Below are positions 1 through 11,990 of a DNA stretch of 64,000 bases, piece after piece; the stretch's first letter is position 1, and every line of letters starts with the position of its first letter. The notes below the pieces were generated by a model that was not told the origin of the DNA, did no database searches, and saw nothing but the letters and a program-made list of their open reading frames with translations. This DNA is from Octopus sinensis (taxonomy: Eukaryota): positions 85,436,001 through 85,500,000 of the forward strand of contig NC_042999.1 of assembly GCF_006345805.1 (NCBI RefSeq), written 5' to 3'. Made by a program: the position numbers and the translations under genes.

Positions 1-452
1 AGTTCCTCATCAGATGTCCTGTCCAGTACAACATCTAACAATAAGCATTACTTGAAAACAATGACTTCTCTCATCCAGCCAGCCAGCTTTCCATTCATCT
101 AGTTGTTAATGTGATAACCACCACCTATATTAGTATGTCAAGTTCATATAACATTACATTGTGTAAACATGTGTGCTGACAAGCCCTACTACCAAATTCT
201 AAGAGCTACAAATCCTAAACGAAACAAGTATTGAAATTTCTACACTTAATGCTGACACCAGTACTAATAATAAAACATTCCCAGGTAATTTCCAAAGTTC
301 ATACAAAGCTTTGAAACTTCAAAGTTATGTTCATTTACAGAGTACAAGGGGAAAAAATCTGTTTCACTATTCTTGATAAATGTTTCAACAGCAAAGGCAT
401 ATTGTGCTCTGGTCCAAACCATGATGGCAACTAAGAAAAAATAAAAAAACAT
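1..452 (-). mobile_element. Degenerate DNA transposon fragment (Tc1/mariner-like transposase N-terminus, DUF4817-type HTH)
   Basis: ORF 264-452 contains MVWTRAQYAFAVETFIKNSE, resembling the 'W..EHRAF.VE.F.KN.ES' start of such transposases; downstream is frameshifted and not clearly recognisable. Confidence 0.4.
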
Positions 453-559
453 TTGCTACCTGAAAACACCATTAATCCCTGCCAAACTGCACTGGTGCCA
501 CACCAATGGCCACATAAAATATGGGAGGTTTTTCAGTTGCACCTTGTGTTATAACCTTC

Positions 560-1100
560 CTCTTCTTATGGCTGAGTTCCAACCCAAATCCACTTGTCAC
601 ACCTCTTGGTCCTGGATACATTCCAGGCCAGTGTCTGAAATCAAGTTATCAATGTAAGTGTGACGAGGTAAGCATCACCATGAAGTAGATTCCACAAGAC
701 TAATTCAAATGTTTGCAGTTCAGGGTGGCATACACAGCGACCAGATAGTCACAGCTGTCTTGGCCTGATCTTGCTAGCTTTTGGCAGGTCTCCATAAAGG
801 CATTTGTTTCTCAAATGTTACTACCATTCCACATTTAGGGCCGTTTGTAGTATCCTTGTGTAGCAGCCATCTAACCTGTTCAATAATTTCTTTGTCAGTG
901 TCTGTGTTTCACTGCCATATAATAATACTGATTCAACAGCTGAACCCATTCCCACAATTTTTCCACCCATCAAAGTGTTCAACCATATCCTCCACATAAA
1001 TTCCAATGATGATGAAGTAATGATTATGTGTAAGCCGGGGGGGGGGGATACTGTCACTAAACATCATGGAATAAATATGTCTGGAGTCAGAGTATTACCA
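560..1100 (-). mobile_element. Degenerate non-LTR retrotransposon (RTE-type) 3' fragment
   Basis: Minus-strand peptides SVLLYGSETQTLTKKLLNRLDGCYTRILQTALNVEW and TYIDNLISDTGL match the C-terminal part of RTE-like ORF2; stops and frameshifts present. Confidence 0.55.
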
Positions 1101-1182
1101 ACATGAAAGCTCGAAATTTCGTTTGCAAGATTCATGATGTGAACTCGTGTTTTAAAACAAATCTTGATGTATCTTGTGAGGG

Positions 1183-1415
1183 TCATTATGCCAACAATAA
1201 CACATGCACTGGTTCAATTTCACTTCTTTTTTGTTAGTCAGTTGGTTAGTTATCTAACCAACCAAATTAATAACGTGTCCTCTCCTCCAGATCTTAGAGA
1301 TTTGAAACAAACATGAAAGCAGATTAATTGGTTAGTTAGATAACTAATCAATCAACTAACAATAAAGAGGTGAAATTGAACCAGTGCATATGTTTTTTTA
1401 TTATTGGCGTAATGA
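1183..1415. repeat. Imperfect inverted repeat (fold-back/MITE-like)
   Basis: Arm ~1201-1270 (cacatgcactggttcaatttcac...aattaat) is reverse-complementary with several mismatches to ~1323-1392; weaker pairing extends outward. Confidence 0.7.
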
Positions 1416-1949
1416 ATGTCCCAATATACAACAAAGCTCAAGATGTTCTTCAGAAATTTTTTGGTGATAAATCAAAAAGTTCACTAGAAACAGCACACGA
1501 ATTAGTAATTTGAATGTAAAATTGAAATATGGAGAAAGATAATTTAGCAGCAGTTCATAAAATGTAGCTCATTGAATAAAGGTTAAAGTTTAAAGTGGAG
1601 TGGCGGTAGCAAGGCAACTTTGTGGGAATATTTGTAAGAGGAACAAAGCTTAAAATACCTGTACTTAACTGGTATCTTATTTTAAGCATCCCTGGGGGAT
1701 GAAAGGCAAAATTGATCTCAGTAACCAAAACAAGTACTGCAAATTTTTGAAGACAATTATGCAATGCACCGCTTTGAAAATTAAACTCATTGATTTTCTA
1801 ATTATGAAACTCTATTAAACACAGTCACAATTTCTATTTTTCAATTAAAAAAAAAAAAGATATTTCATTTTATTGTCACAGAAGGAAAGTGAAAAAGTAC
1901 TCTAATCTGCATTAAAAAACTGCAATTTTGAAAACGATTTTTTTTTCAT

Positions 1950-3007
1950 AACTAATTTTTCCGTATTTTTAAACGTAGAAATCCTCAATAAAAGTTCAAA
2001 ACAAAAACTTGACGCGGGGTGGTTACAAATTTCAAAAACTGTTTTCTGAGTTGTTTCTCTTTTTTCTTCCAAATATTTATCTCGTTATTGAAAACATACG
2101 AATCCGAAGAAAGTTTACGAAAAAGAGAATAACAAGGGTGCTATTCAAAACGGAGAAATTGAAACGTCCTTAAAACTCAAACTGAGAGCACTTTCGTTTT
2201 GTATTTGTCAATACTTAAGTCAATCTTGTGTGTATGGAACAAGATCGGGGTCATTAGATGTAAACTTATACAAGAATTTATCGTAAAAAATATTTTCGCC
2301 TAATATTAAGAATTTATAAGTTTTGTTACATATCCAAGCTTCGATGTTCCACGAAGTTTAACCCCACAAAGTTATGACCTCTTAGATATTTTCCTCGTGG
2401 TATATCAACTAAATTATCTTTTACCAAACTTAAAGATCTACCTTTCTCAGAAAAAAAAAAAAAAAGATACATTAAACCTAAACCAATAATTTTACTAGAA
2501 TCGAAAGATCGTCATAAATACAAGCGTGTGAAGTAGAGATTGTGCGAAAATAAACGGTTTCAATAAAAAAGAAATTAGTTGTCATTGATTTAAACGCAAC
2601 AACAAAACACTTACTAAGCTCCTTTACTTGCTGCATGTCCTGTGTTATAATTAATTATCATTACTTGAACATTTTTCTTAAAAACAAGTGCCCCATTTTT
2701 AAGATATTGTAAAGTCCTACGAATAGGAGCACGACCTTTCATAAAAGGCATGTTTCTAAGATGTTATTTCTCACGCGAGGAAATATCTCCGAATTTACTT
2801 AAAACGACATGTTATCAAAAACAGGTAACTGTTGCAAAATTTGAAAGGATTTATTAAATGATAAAATAATAAATAGTCAAAAAGTGTTATATATGAATTT
2901 ATAAAACTACAAATTATACATGAAATTATATCTCTTTTTCAATCACTTTCATTTTGAATTACGGCAAATGTCGTAAAGTAATAGATTCATACAAAGCAGA
3001 CGAAAGA
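1950..3007 (+). promoter_or_regulatory. Putative promoter/5'UTR region of ARMC10-like gene
   Basis: Largely repeat-free and visibly retains more CpG than the flanks, immediately upstream of ATG 3008; TSS not determinable. Confidence 0.35.
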
Positions 3008-3131
3008 ATGGCGACTGCGGCACCGCTGTCACATCAAGGTCGAATAGTGCTGATTGCAGCACTGGCTGGGGGTTTATTTTTTCTTGGATTTATTTTCAGT
3101 AAAAAATACTTCAAAAACAAAACTAAATTAG
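3008..3131 (+). CDS. ARMC10: ARMC10/ARMCX-like protein, coding exon 1 (signal-anchor TM helix)
   Basis: ATG 3008, MATAAPLSHQGRIVLIAALAGGLFFLGFIFSKKYFKNKTKL; donor G|GTAAGT at 3132, phase 1 matching the next exon (G+CT=Ala). Confidence 0.85.
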
Positions 3132-3406
3132 GTAAGTAATTTTAATACATATATGTTAAACTCTATTACTCTCTTACTGTAAAAATGTTAACGAAAAGTT
3201 TACATTACATCAAACTATTTCCTAATTTCATTTATTTTAATTACTGGATTGGCAACCGTCAATTAATAACGAAAATTTGAATTTTCAACGTATCTGAATT
3301 ACAATAATGTCTCATGTTGGTATAAGACCACAATTTCTTTGACTGAATAGACACAGTACATGCCTGGTACTTGTTTTCCATTGATCCTACGAGGATGTAA
3401 AACGAA

Positions 3407-3473
3407 GTCGAAACATGTGGGGATTTTAGCTTACAGTTCTATACTGTAAGCTAAAATCCCCACATGTTTCGAC
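3407..3473. repeat. Perfect 31-bp hairpin with 5-nt loop
   Basis: gtcgaaacatgtggggattttagcttacagt-tctat-actgtaagctaaaatccccacatgtttcgac, no mismatches. Confidence 0.95.
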
Positions 3474-4689
3474 ATTAGTCTGTCGTCCCACCAACTTAAA
3501 TTATCGTTAAGATTTCTAACACTGACACCAGGCAAAAAAATTTGGGGTTGAGGATGACTGAATCGATTTTAATATTTAACAAGCGATTGTTTTATCTAGC
3601 CTTCTGAAGGATAAAAAAACAAAGTTGACCTCATCAGAATTTGAACATATTCTAAATAACCTTAACTAAATAAAACAAATTATTTAGTCTCGCGCTGTAC
3701 TTTTGCCATTTCTCCCTTTAACAGTAATGATAATTTCTTAGATAATTTCTAAACTGGCTGGGGTGGTGTAGTTTATTAATTCTACCTTAGAATTTGACTT
3801 GTACATGTTTTATCGTCACCGAAAAGATGAAAGGCAAATTCACTTCCGGTGGGATTTAAACACCAATGCTCTACTGATTCTGCATGCCGTTGCACCTTCC
3901 ATCAATAATAATAAGTTATTCGAACAGTCGGATATGGGTGTGGCCACAGATGATACAAAAGCCCTCGAATGGGTGATTATCGAGTGACCCTGAAAAAAGA
4001 AAGAAAGAAAAAGGTGTGCTGATGAATATACTGACTTGACTCCCAAATCCCAAAAGTTTGTGAGCATCAAGCTTAACAATTCAGAAAATGGAGTGGCCAA
4101 TCACTTAACCCAAGCAACAGGCCAAGAATTGCAACAAGAGCAAAAGCAACATCGTTCTTTACAGTAGCAAAAGGTACATCAAGTTCAGCTGCAAAAGGAG
4201 AAAAAACAAACGAAAGCAACCAAGACGAAATAACAACCATGCTTGCTGGAACAAATGCAGTAACCACACATGGGTGAGCCACTTAACTACACAATTCTCT
4301 GAAGGAATTGCTGGATTTTATAGACTCTAAAAACGACATAAGTTTAATAATGCGCAAGGGACTTGGTGCACTCACCATTTCCAAGACTCAACAAGGAAGG
4401 GTTCTTGTTAAAACTACGATTTACAGTATTTTGAGAAAACATTTACCACATGATACAGAAGAATTTAAAAGCTTATTCGGCAGAAGGATGTTAGAAAGCT
4501 CATACAAAGGCCATGGAAAAGGACCAAGCCAAGTGATCACCTTTTTTTTATTTTTTATTTCTCCTCTTCCTCTTGAAATGGCAATACAAAGAATAGGTTG
4601 TTGCATAAATGCTCATGGCCTGGGGTAGCATGAAAGCAGGGACACCTACTCAACAATCCTGGGTCACTAAATCTGAATGCACTAGCCAT

Positions 4690-6950
4690 TATCAAGACTA
4701 GAATTTCTAAAACACAATTGTTTGCTCCCTTCTAGGTGGCTACAAGGTTTATGCTCCTTTAGTTGACCTGGATCACATGGTCTGGTAGTGCTGTTTCTGA
4801 GAGGCCTGGGTGTAAAATGAGTACAATTTTCCCAGATCCAATCAGTAGGTTGGTAGTCTTACACATGAACAACAATGAAAGCAACAGTAGTCTTCAGACA
4901 GTGGCTGTCTATGCTCTGACAGGAGCTGGACAGCTGGATTTCTTTAGACATCCAGAGACTTTCCTGGAAACATCTTACTCATTAATGTTCATGGGCAGTT
5001 GAAATAGGATCTTGGATGCATCCAAAGATTACATGGGAGTATCTGATTGGAGAGTAGGAGGGCAAAAGTCTCATAAACTTTCTCATGCATTTCCAATGGT
5101 CTGACAGCTTTTTGCTTTATTTTCCCCAATGCACAATATGGACATGGTCACACAGTGGCATTCAAGTCATAATTAGTTTGGGTCATTGTCAGGTTAGCAG
5201 ACAGGCATAGTAATAAGGTGCACATTGTTTCAGATAGTTGGCTATTCGGACCACAAATTTGTAACATTTACAGTCAACTTAGAAAAGATGTAGACAGGGA
5301 CCAGGTTACTGGAAGATGAACACATCCTTCCCAGCACTGAAAGATTTCAAGGATCAGATTAATGTACTGATTAGGCAGGAACTGATGAGAGCTATCAACA
5401 ACAAATGGAGAATTTAACTAAAACGAAAAATCGGAGAAGCAACAAGTGGCCCTCAACCATTTCTTCAATGCAAAACATTAAGATTTTGTTGTCTAAGCTT
5501 GTGTATGTGTATTGAAACCGGAAGGTACAAAAACCATCTGTTGGGCCCATGTGATGGAGGTGCAACACAGCAATAAAGTTAATATTTGGTTTATAGCAGA
5601 CCAAAGCAAGCATGTCCTCTCCAATTTCAAACAAATGTGAACAGTATTTCAGTAGTACTTCAGTGAAACAGTCTTCGAAGAGCAGTGGACTTGAAACAGT
5701 GGGCTTTGAAGCCTACCCTGACAGTTTACCACAATTATCAGACAAGGAGAGTGGGTATTGTGAGAAGCTGATTTCAGAAGGTAAAGTGACATGTGCTGAA
5801 ATGCTGTGTGGGACACAAATTGCCAGGACTAGAAGGTCTGCTCAATGAACCATATTTCCACATGTCAAATTTGTTCATTCCTGTCTTGGGAGCTGTCCAC
5901 TGTAGTTGACAACAGACTGGGAACATCCCCAGTTGAGTGAGTTGGGGGTGGTGGCACTGTGATAAGAAAGGATTCAAACAAGGAGGATGTGATTGAAAAT
6001 TCCAGACCCATAATTCTACTCAGTATAGACTAAAAGTACTCACCAAGAGGCTGATACTTGTTGGTAGTGTAGTAGGAGACATGCAAACCTATGCAATCCT
6101 GATCAGATTTGTCCACAACAATCCCCACCTTATGCAATACATAGGGTGAATCAGGAATAGATCTGGCTTTGGATGGGTGCTGGTCAATTTGAATCAGTTT
6201 GAGGTATTCAACCATGTGGACATTTGCTACCTGTCAGCTATCCTAAGAGCTGTAGGCTTCCGTTCTGTCTTCAGAGGCTAAATAACCACAGTGTATAGCA
6301 GCATCTGGTCAGTGAACAAATTAAATAGCCACTTCTCAGAACCTTCTGTTATTGAATGCTCAGTCACCAAGGATACTACTCCCTCTTCCCTCACCTGTAT
6401 GTCTTACCTCTAGAGCCTTCACTGCCTAGAATAGAGAGTTTGAGGGCTATTTCACTGGAACTGGGTCACAAGAGAGCCATGTCTGAATATGCAGATGATG
6501 TCAATCTTCAAATATGCATGTGCTCTCCAAACTGAAAGAGTACCAAGTATGTATTGGAACACACATAAACCTGGGCAAGTCAATGAGCTTGCAACTAGCC
6601 ACTCACAGAGGCAAGTCATATTGACCAGCAGCGATCTCTATCAATGGATTGAGGGCCCAGCGAAAATACTTGTAATCTGGTTTGGACCAAACTTCCTGCT
6701 GAGTAGGAACTGGAAGAGATCATTAATAGGGTAGCCAATCTTACTCAGAAATGGACCAAGACAAAGATGTCCTTGAAAGTTCAGAAAAGAGTAGCTCGTG
6801 CATTCATTTACCTCAGTAGTGTACAATTGTTTGACTGTCACATCTTGTCCTAAAAAATATCTGACCAAGTTGGAGTGCTTGCTTTTCTACTTCTTATGGT
6901 AGGGTCAGGTTTTGAAGGCCAGGAAATCCATCTACTGTCAATAAATACTC
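4690..6950 (-). mobile_element. Highly degenerate CR1/Jockey-like LINE (EN-RT remnants) in ARMC10 intron 1
   Basis: Minus-strand fragments such as LIQIDQHPSKARSIPD (cf. LEQLVQHPTRIPD), GFKAHC/FEIGEDMLAL and HWGK resemble ORF2 motifs in the expected order; many stops; boundaries approximate. Confidence 0.45.
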
Positions 6951-7351
6951 AGTGAAGAGTGGTCTTGGGATGCTGTTCTTGATAATGCACTGCCATACTT
7001 GCAGAAATATCTAGATCACTGTGTTAGTGTTAATGGCAATGACGAAAAAAAAAGGGTAAGTGGACTGGTGTGGGCTTCTTTTGTGTGACATGATTTTCCA
7101 CAGCACATCTCACATATGTGTATGTATATATGTGTGTGTGTATGTATGTATGTGTGTATGTTTGTGTGTTGTTATTTATATTGATTTCAGTTGAATATTT
7201 ATACTTAAGCAACAATTATTTTGTATTACTCTACCTGTATTTTGGATTGTTACTTTTACTGTATACGTTTTACTTATTTAATTGATTGTTTCTTTATAAT
7301 ATTCATCTCCCAATTATTGTCTTTTTCCCCCTTTTTTTTCTTTTTTGGAAG

Positions 7352-7983
7352 CTAATGAAGAAAAGGAAACTATGAAAAAAGATTGCAAAATACAAAAAGA
7401 AGGATTAAAGGATGGTCTAGACTCAAATAGTCTAGGAGATGCAAATTCTGAAAAGCAACTGCTAGAAGCCATAAATATCAAAGAAACATCAGTAAAATTA
7501 CAACCTGCTGCTGCAAATGAATTTGAAACTTCTGCTCCAAGCTTCAGTCAGCAGTCACAAGATGTTGAAAATTCAGTAGTCAGTTGTCAGTATGATGACA
7601 CCGAAGAAACTCTTAAAACTGTGGAACATGATATCAATTCTGATTCATCATTTGATTTCTTTGATTTAGCTACTAGTCCCAATGATTTCAAACCAACATT
7701 TGAATTTGTTCATCCAGCTGAAAATTTAAATAGGATAAAGAGAAGTGAAAAATCAGATAAAATTAATCATATTTCAGATGTATCTGAAAATGAAGAAGAA
7801 AGTACACAAGTTTCTTCACAAGAAGATATTACAAATGCTTTGGATTCAGCAATCAATAATACTGATACCATAGGAGCTGATGAACTGAAAACTCTGGTTT
7901 CACTTTTACTTTCAAAAAATGTTGAAATTCAAGAAGCAGCAATACTTGGGATTGTTAAATGTGCTGCATTTACAGACCATCAG
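7352..7983 (+). CDS. ARMC10: ARMC10-like exon 2 (acidic low-complexity linker plus start of ARM region)
   Basis: Polypyrimidine tract plus AG at 7350-7351; open frame to CAG|GTAAGA at 7984 (phase 0); ends ELKTLVSLLLSKNVEIQEAAILGIVKCAAFTDHQ (ARM-like). Confidence 0.88.
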
Positions 7984-8237
7984 GTAAGATGCACAAAAAT
8001 TTCTTAATAACTAATTGAATAGTTAGTTGTTTGAAGGGAATCTTATAGTAACAACAATTTCTTTAATAATAACAATATACTAGTGATGTGAAATCTATCC
8101 CTCTCGTGCTAACATGAAAAACTATATGTGGAAAATAAGTGCTAATACTTGCAAATAAACATTCTTTAATAGAAATAATAATTTTATGACGGTACTAGAA
8201 ATTCACTTTATTGAATTTTTTCTTTTTTCTTTACCAG

Positions 8238-8402
8238 AATTCACTACGTGAGTTGGGTTGTCTAGAAAAGCTTAATGTTTTGCTTAGTTCCTGTGTCACA
8301 TCTTTAAAAGTTGGACATAATATTTCACCAGTTCTTATTGCATCAGTTGCTAATGCAATTTCAAATATGTCTGTCAATGAAAACAATCAAATTATGTTAA
8401 AG
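8238..8402 (+). CDS. ARMC10: ARMC10-like exon 3 (ARM repeat)
   Basis: ttaccag|AAT acceptor, NSLRELGCLEKL...VANAISNMSVNENNQIMLK, donor AAG|GTAAGT; phase 0/0. Confidence 0.9.
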
Positions 8403-8955
8403 GTAAGTAAAGTCGTTTTTTGAATATGCAAAATCTCTTTCTGTTGTTTTAGCACAATAACAATTGAAAGACATTTTTGTTCACATTTCTCAAGAATTAT
8501 CTTTAACTTAAATTAACAAAAATTTAATTTATATTTTTTCTGCACAATAATTTTTTAGTTAAATTTATTTTGTATTAAATGCATATAACCTTGGAAACAG
8601 ATGAATATTCTTTTAAAAATGTACTCCTGTACTTCTAAAAAAAATATTAAGAATGATTTTTAAAGAATTACTGTAAAATATACATTTCAGATTGAATATC
8701 ATCAGTGGTGGATTAGCAGAATCTTTTGAACATTTAAGAGAAAAATGAATGCAGAATCTTGTTACTGCCTTTACATTCTGACTTCAAATCTCACTGAGAT
8801 GAAATTTGTCTTTCATCATTCCAGGGGTCAATAACTTAAATTGGTATAAGTACAGGAGTTGGTTTAATATTCCTATAAGAACATCCTTGATGTGAATGGA
8901 ATTATAATAAAATTCAAAGCAGACTATTAAGTGATTCAGCTAAGTTTAATACCTA

Positions 8956-9182
8956 TTTCTTTACTACCCACAAGGGGCTAAACACAGAGGGGACAAACAA
9001 GGACAGACAAAGGGACCAAGTCGATTATATCAACTCCAGTGCATAACTGGTACTTAATTTATCGACCCCAAAAGGATGACAGGCAAAGTCGACCTCGGCG
9101 GAATTTGAACTCAGAACGTAATGGCAGATGAAATACGGCTACGCATTTTGCCTGGTGTGCTAACGTTTCTGCCAGCTCGCCA
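8956..9182 (-). mobile_element. tRNA-headed SINE (second family)
   Basis: Nearly the same sequence recurs at ~43170-43375; B-box-like GAGTTCAAATTCC on the minus strand. Confidence 0.7.
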
Positions 9183-10107
9183 CCCACCATCTAAGGCTAA
9201 TACCATTAAAGCAGTAGTGAGCATCATAAAGCATGAAGTAAATTTCTAGGGAATCAACTTGGCAATACAGTTTTAACCCAGTCTTTATCTGGAACCCTTT
9301 CACTTCACTAATGTCCTTGGAAAAGAACGTCATAAAAACTACAACTTTATATTTCCCTGCTTCAGATAGTATGAGATTAGATTATAGAGGTAAAATATGT
9401 AAATTAAATGCAATGGTTGGACTGTTGAGTAAGGTTCATAAGATAAGCTATGTAAAATTGCTAGAAAGAACAAATTGAGAAAATGACTAGCTATCAAAAA
9501 TATTTTTCGGTTTGTGCAGGAAAGCCAACCAGGATAAGATGGGCATAAGGAAATGGATGTTACATACTAGGTAAAAAAAAAAAGTGCCATAGTTGATGAT
9601 GGAATCTACTGACAGCCAAAGAAGTAATCAAACAGTACATGAAAAGATACAGAGTTACAAATTTGTCTAACACATGCTAAATGTGAAAAGAGGTGTTAAA
9701 AATTATGGTGATGAGAGCTGCAGCAATGATGACTCCAATGGCTTTGATCATGGTGATGTATTTATTTATGTGTGACAATGTTTAGCCCTTCTTTTCTTTA
9801 GGTTTCATGCTTTGAGGAAATAACTGTAATGTGGCAACAAAGATACAGTATGACTGTTTTTCCATCTAATCTATTATTGTATAAGTGAAGGCTTGGTGGT
9901 ATCCACAACAGAGGCAGGCAAGTGAACTCACTCAGTGTGTTGTAGTTTCAGCATATTTGGATACAAAAAAAAAACATATTAACAACCTAACACAAATTTT
10001 TTAACCTAGAATATTTCAGCTATTTCTATACAGAAATATGTTTTATGTGATTTTCTTTCAGATTAGGAGAGGGTTTTTAAAATAATGTAATTTAGTTACT
10101 CTAGCAG

Positions 10108-11990
10108 TACAAGGTGGTATCAAAAAGTTCCCAAACTGGTTATGTTTAATAAAAAATAACTTATTTATGTAAGTTTTAACATCATCTTCAAAATAGTTGT
10201 CTTGCGCAGCAATACACTAGTCCTAGTGTTCTTGCCACTTTAGGAATCTGGCCTGGAAATAATTTTCTGTAAGCAATTCACTCTGGATCTCAACAATGAT
10301 GTTAAAACGGTGACCTTTGAGCTATAATTTCATCTTGGAGAAGAGATGGAAATCTACAGGTGCTAATTCTTGATGCACTATACCATGGATGTTGTAAAAA
10401 CTATGAGCATGCTCTTGATTGAGCTGCAGCTCTGTCATGCCTTCTTCAGTTGTGGAGATGAAGGCCTCTTCCATTGTGACAACTACTGCTTCGTTTCAGG
10501 GTCATACCTGTAGATCCAACACTCATTACTGGTAATGATCCTCGACATGAAGGATGGATCATCAATGGCACACTGACAGATATCTTAAACAGACTTCAAA
10601 ACAATGTTCTTTCTACTCAGTGGTCAGCAGTTGGGGGACAAACTTGGCAGACACAGCATGTTCAATTCAGACGTTAGGATTGCCTGCACAGACCCATATG
10701 ATAGACCAACAACATCATTAATGTCGTTGATTGTCCTCCAATGATCCTCATGCATAAGCTGATGAATTTTCTCCACATTTCCGGGGGGTGATGTTCGTGG
10801 CAGATCTTCGAGATCACTCATCATCTAGGGATGTTCTTCAACTTTTGAAGTGCCTATACCACTTGAAATATTGTGTGCGACTCATTGCCTCATCGCTGTA
10901 GTCTTGCTGAAGCACGCTCGATGTCTCTGTAACAGACTTACCAAGTTTAACACAAAATTTTATGGCTCTTTGTTCCAACTTCCTGTCCATGACAAAAATC
11001 GCAGACTGTAGCATTCACGTGATTCCCAAAACACAAATTTCACAACTTGTGAAGTAAACACAGTGATGTCACTTGGCACACTGCCTCATGGAGGTCACTG
11101 CTAGCTCTCACTGTGCATGCAACCATATACTACCTTCTTTTGGCAAACTACAGAACTAGTCATTATCATCATCATCATTTAACGTCTGCTTTCCATGCTG
11201 GCATGGGTTGGATGGTTTGACTGAGAACTGGGAAGTTAGGAGGCTGCACCAGGCTTTAGTCTGATCTGCCAAGGTTTCTACAGTGGGATGCCCTTCCTAA
11301 TGCCAACATCTCTAAGTGTATAGTGGGTGCTTTTTACGTGCCTCCAGTATGGGGGCCACTCAGGCAGCACTGGCGTCAACCATGCTTCAATGGTGCTTTT
11401 TACGTGCCACCAGCATGGGAGCCAGTCAGGTGGCACTGGCAACAACAACATTTGAATGGTACTTTTTATGTGCTACCAGCACAGCACCAGTCAGGCAACA
11501 CTGGCATCAACCACGCACATATGGTGCTTTTTACATGCTACTGGCATGAGAGCCAGTCCAGTGGGACTGGCATCAACCACGCTTGAATAGTGCTTTTTAC
11601 ATGCCACTGTCACGGGTGCCAATCAGATGGTACTGGCATTAGCAATGACTGATTTCACTTGACTCAACAGGTCTTTCCAAGCACAGTATATTGCCCAATG
11701 ATTGAAGTGGACTCTTAAATAGGCCAATTATGCAACACTGGCATGGGCCACAGCTACAGTCTCACTAGGCTTACCGAGTCTGCTCAAGCACAGCATATCT
11801 CCAAAGGTCGCAATCACTTGTCTTTGCTTTCATGAGGCCCAACGTTCAAAGTTCATGCTTCACCACCTTATCCCAGGTCTTTTTGAGTCTACCTCTTCCA
11901 CAGGTTCTCTCCACTGTTAGAGTGTGACCTTTTTTGATACAGCTCTCCTCATCCATACGTAGTTTGGGAACTTTTTGATACCACTTCATA
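10108..11990 (-). mobile_element. Internally deleted mariner element with both TIRs
   Basis: TA-flanked TIRs tacaaggtggtatcaaaaagttcccaaact (10108-10137) and its near-exact reverse complement (11961-11990, 27/30). Transposase remnant from ATG 10990: MDRKLEQRA.IKFCVKLGKS...VGLSYGSVQAILTSELNM...ITGNECWIYRYDPETK, with stops and frameshifts. Confidence 0.85.
11161..11959 (-). mobile_element. 5'-truncated RTE LINE copy nested in the mariner element
   Basis: (ATG)n tail at 11161; MDEESCIKKGHTLTVERTCGRGRLKKTWDKVVKHEL is homologous to the C-terminus of ORF 24375-27542; TAGT at both junctions. Confidence 0.85.

Noticed and set aside
2954-3007. TTG start extending ARMC10 exon 1, and a possible 5'UTR intron from the donor at ~2825
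   Set aside because: ATG 3008 directly precedes the signal anchor; the upstream splice sites cannot be supported without RNA data.
11326-11650. CRISPR-like repeat/spacer appearance
   Set aside because: The 'spacers' are homologous to each other, the array is part of an RTE 3'UTR, the context is eukaryotic, and there are no cas genes.
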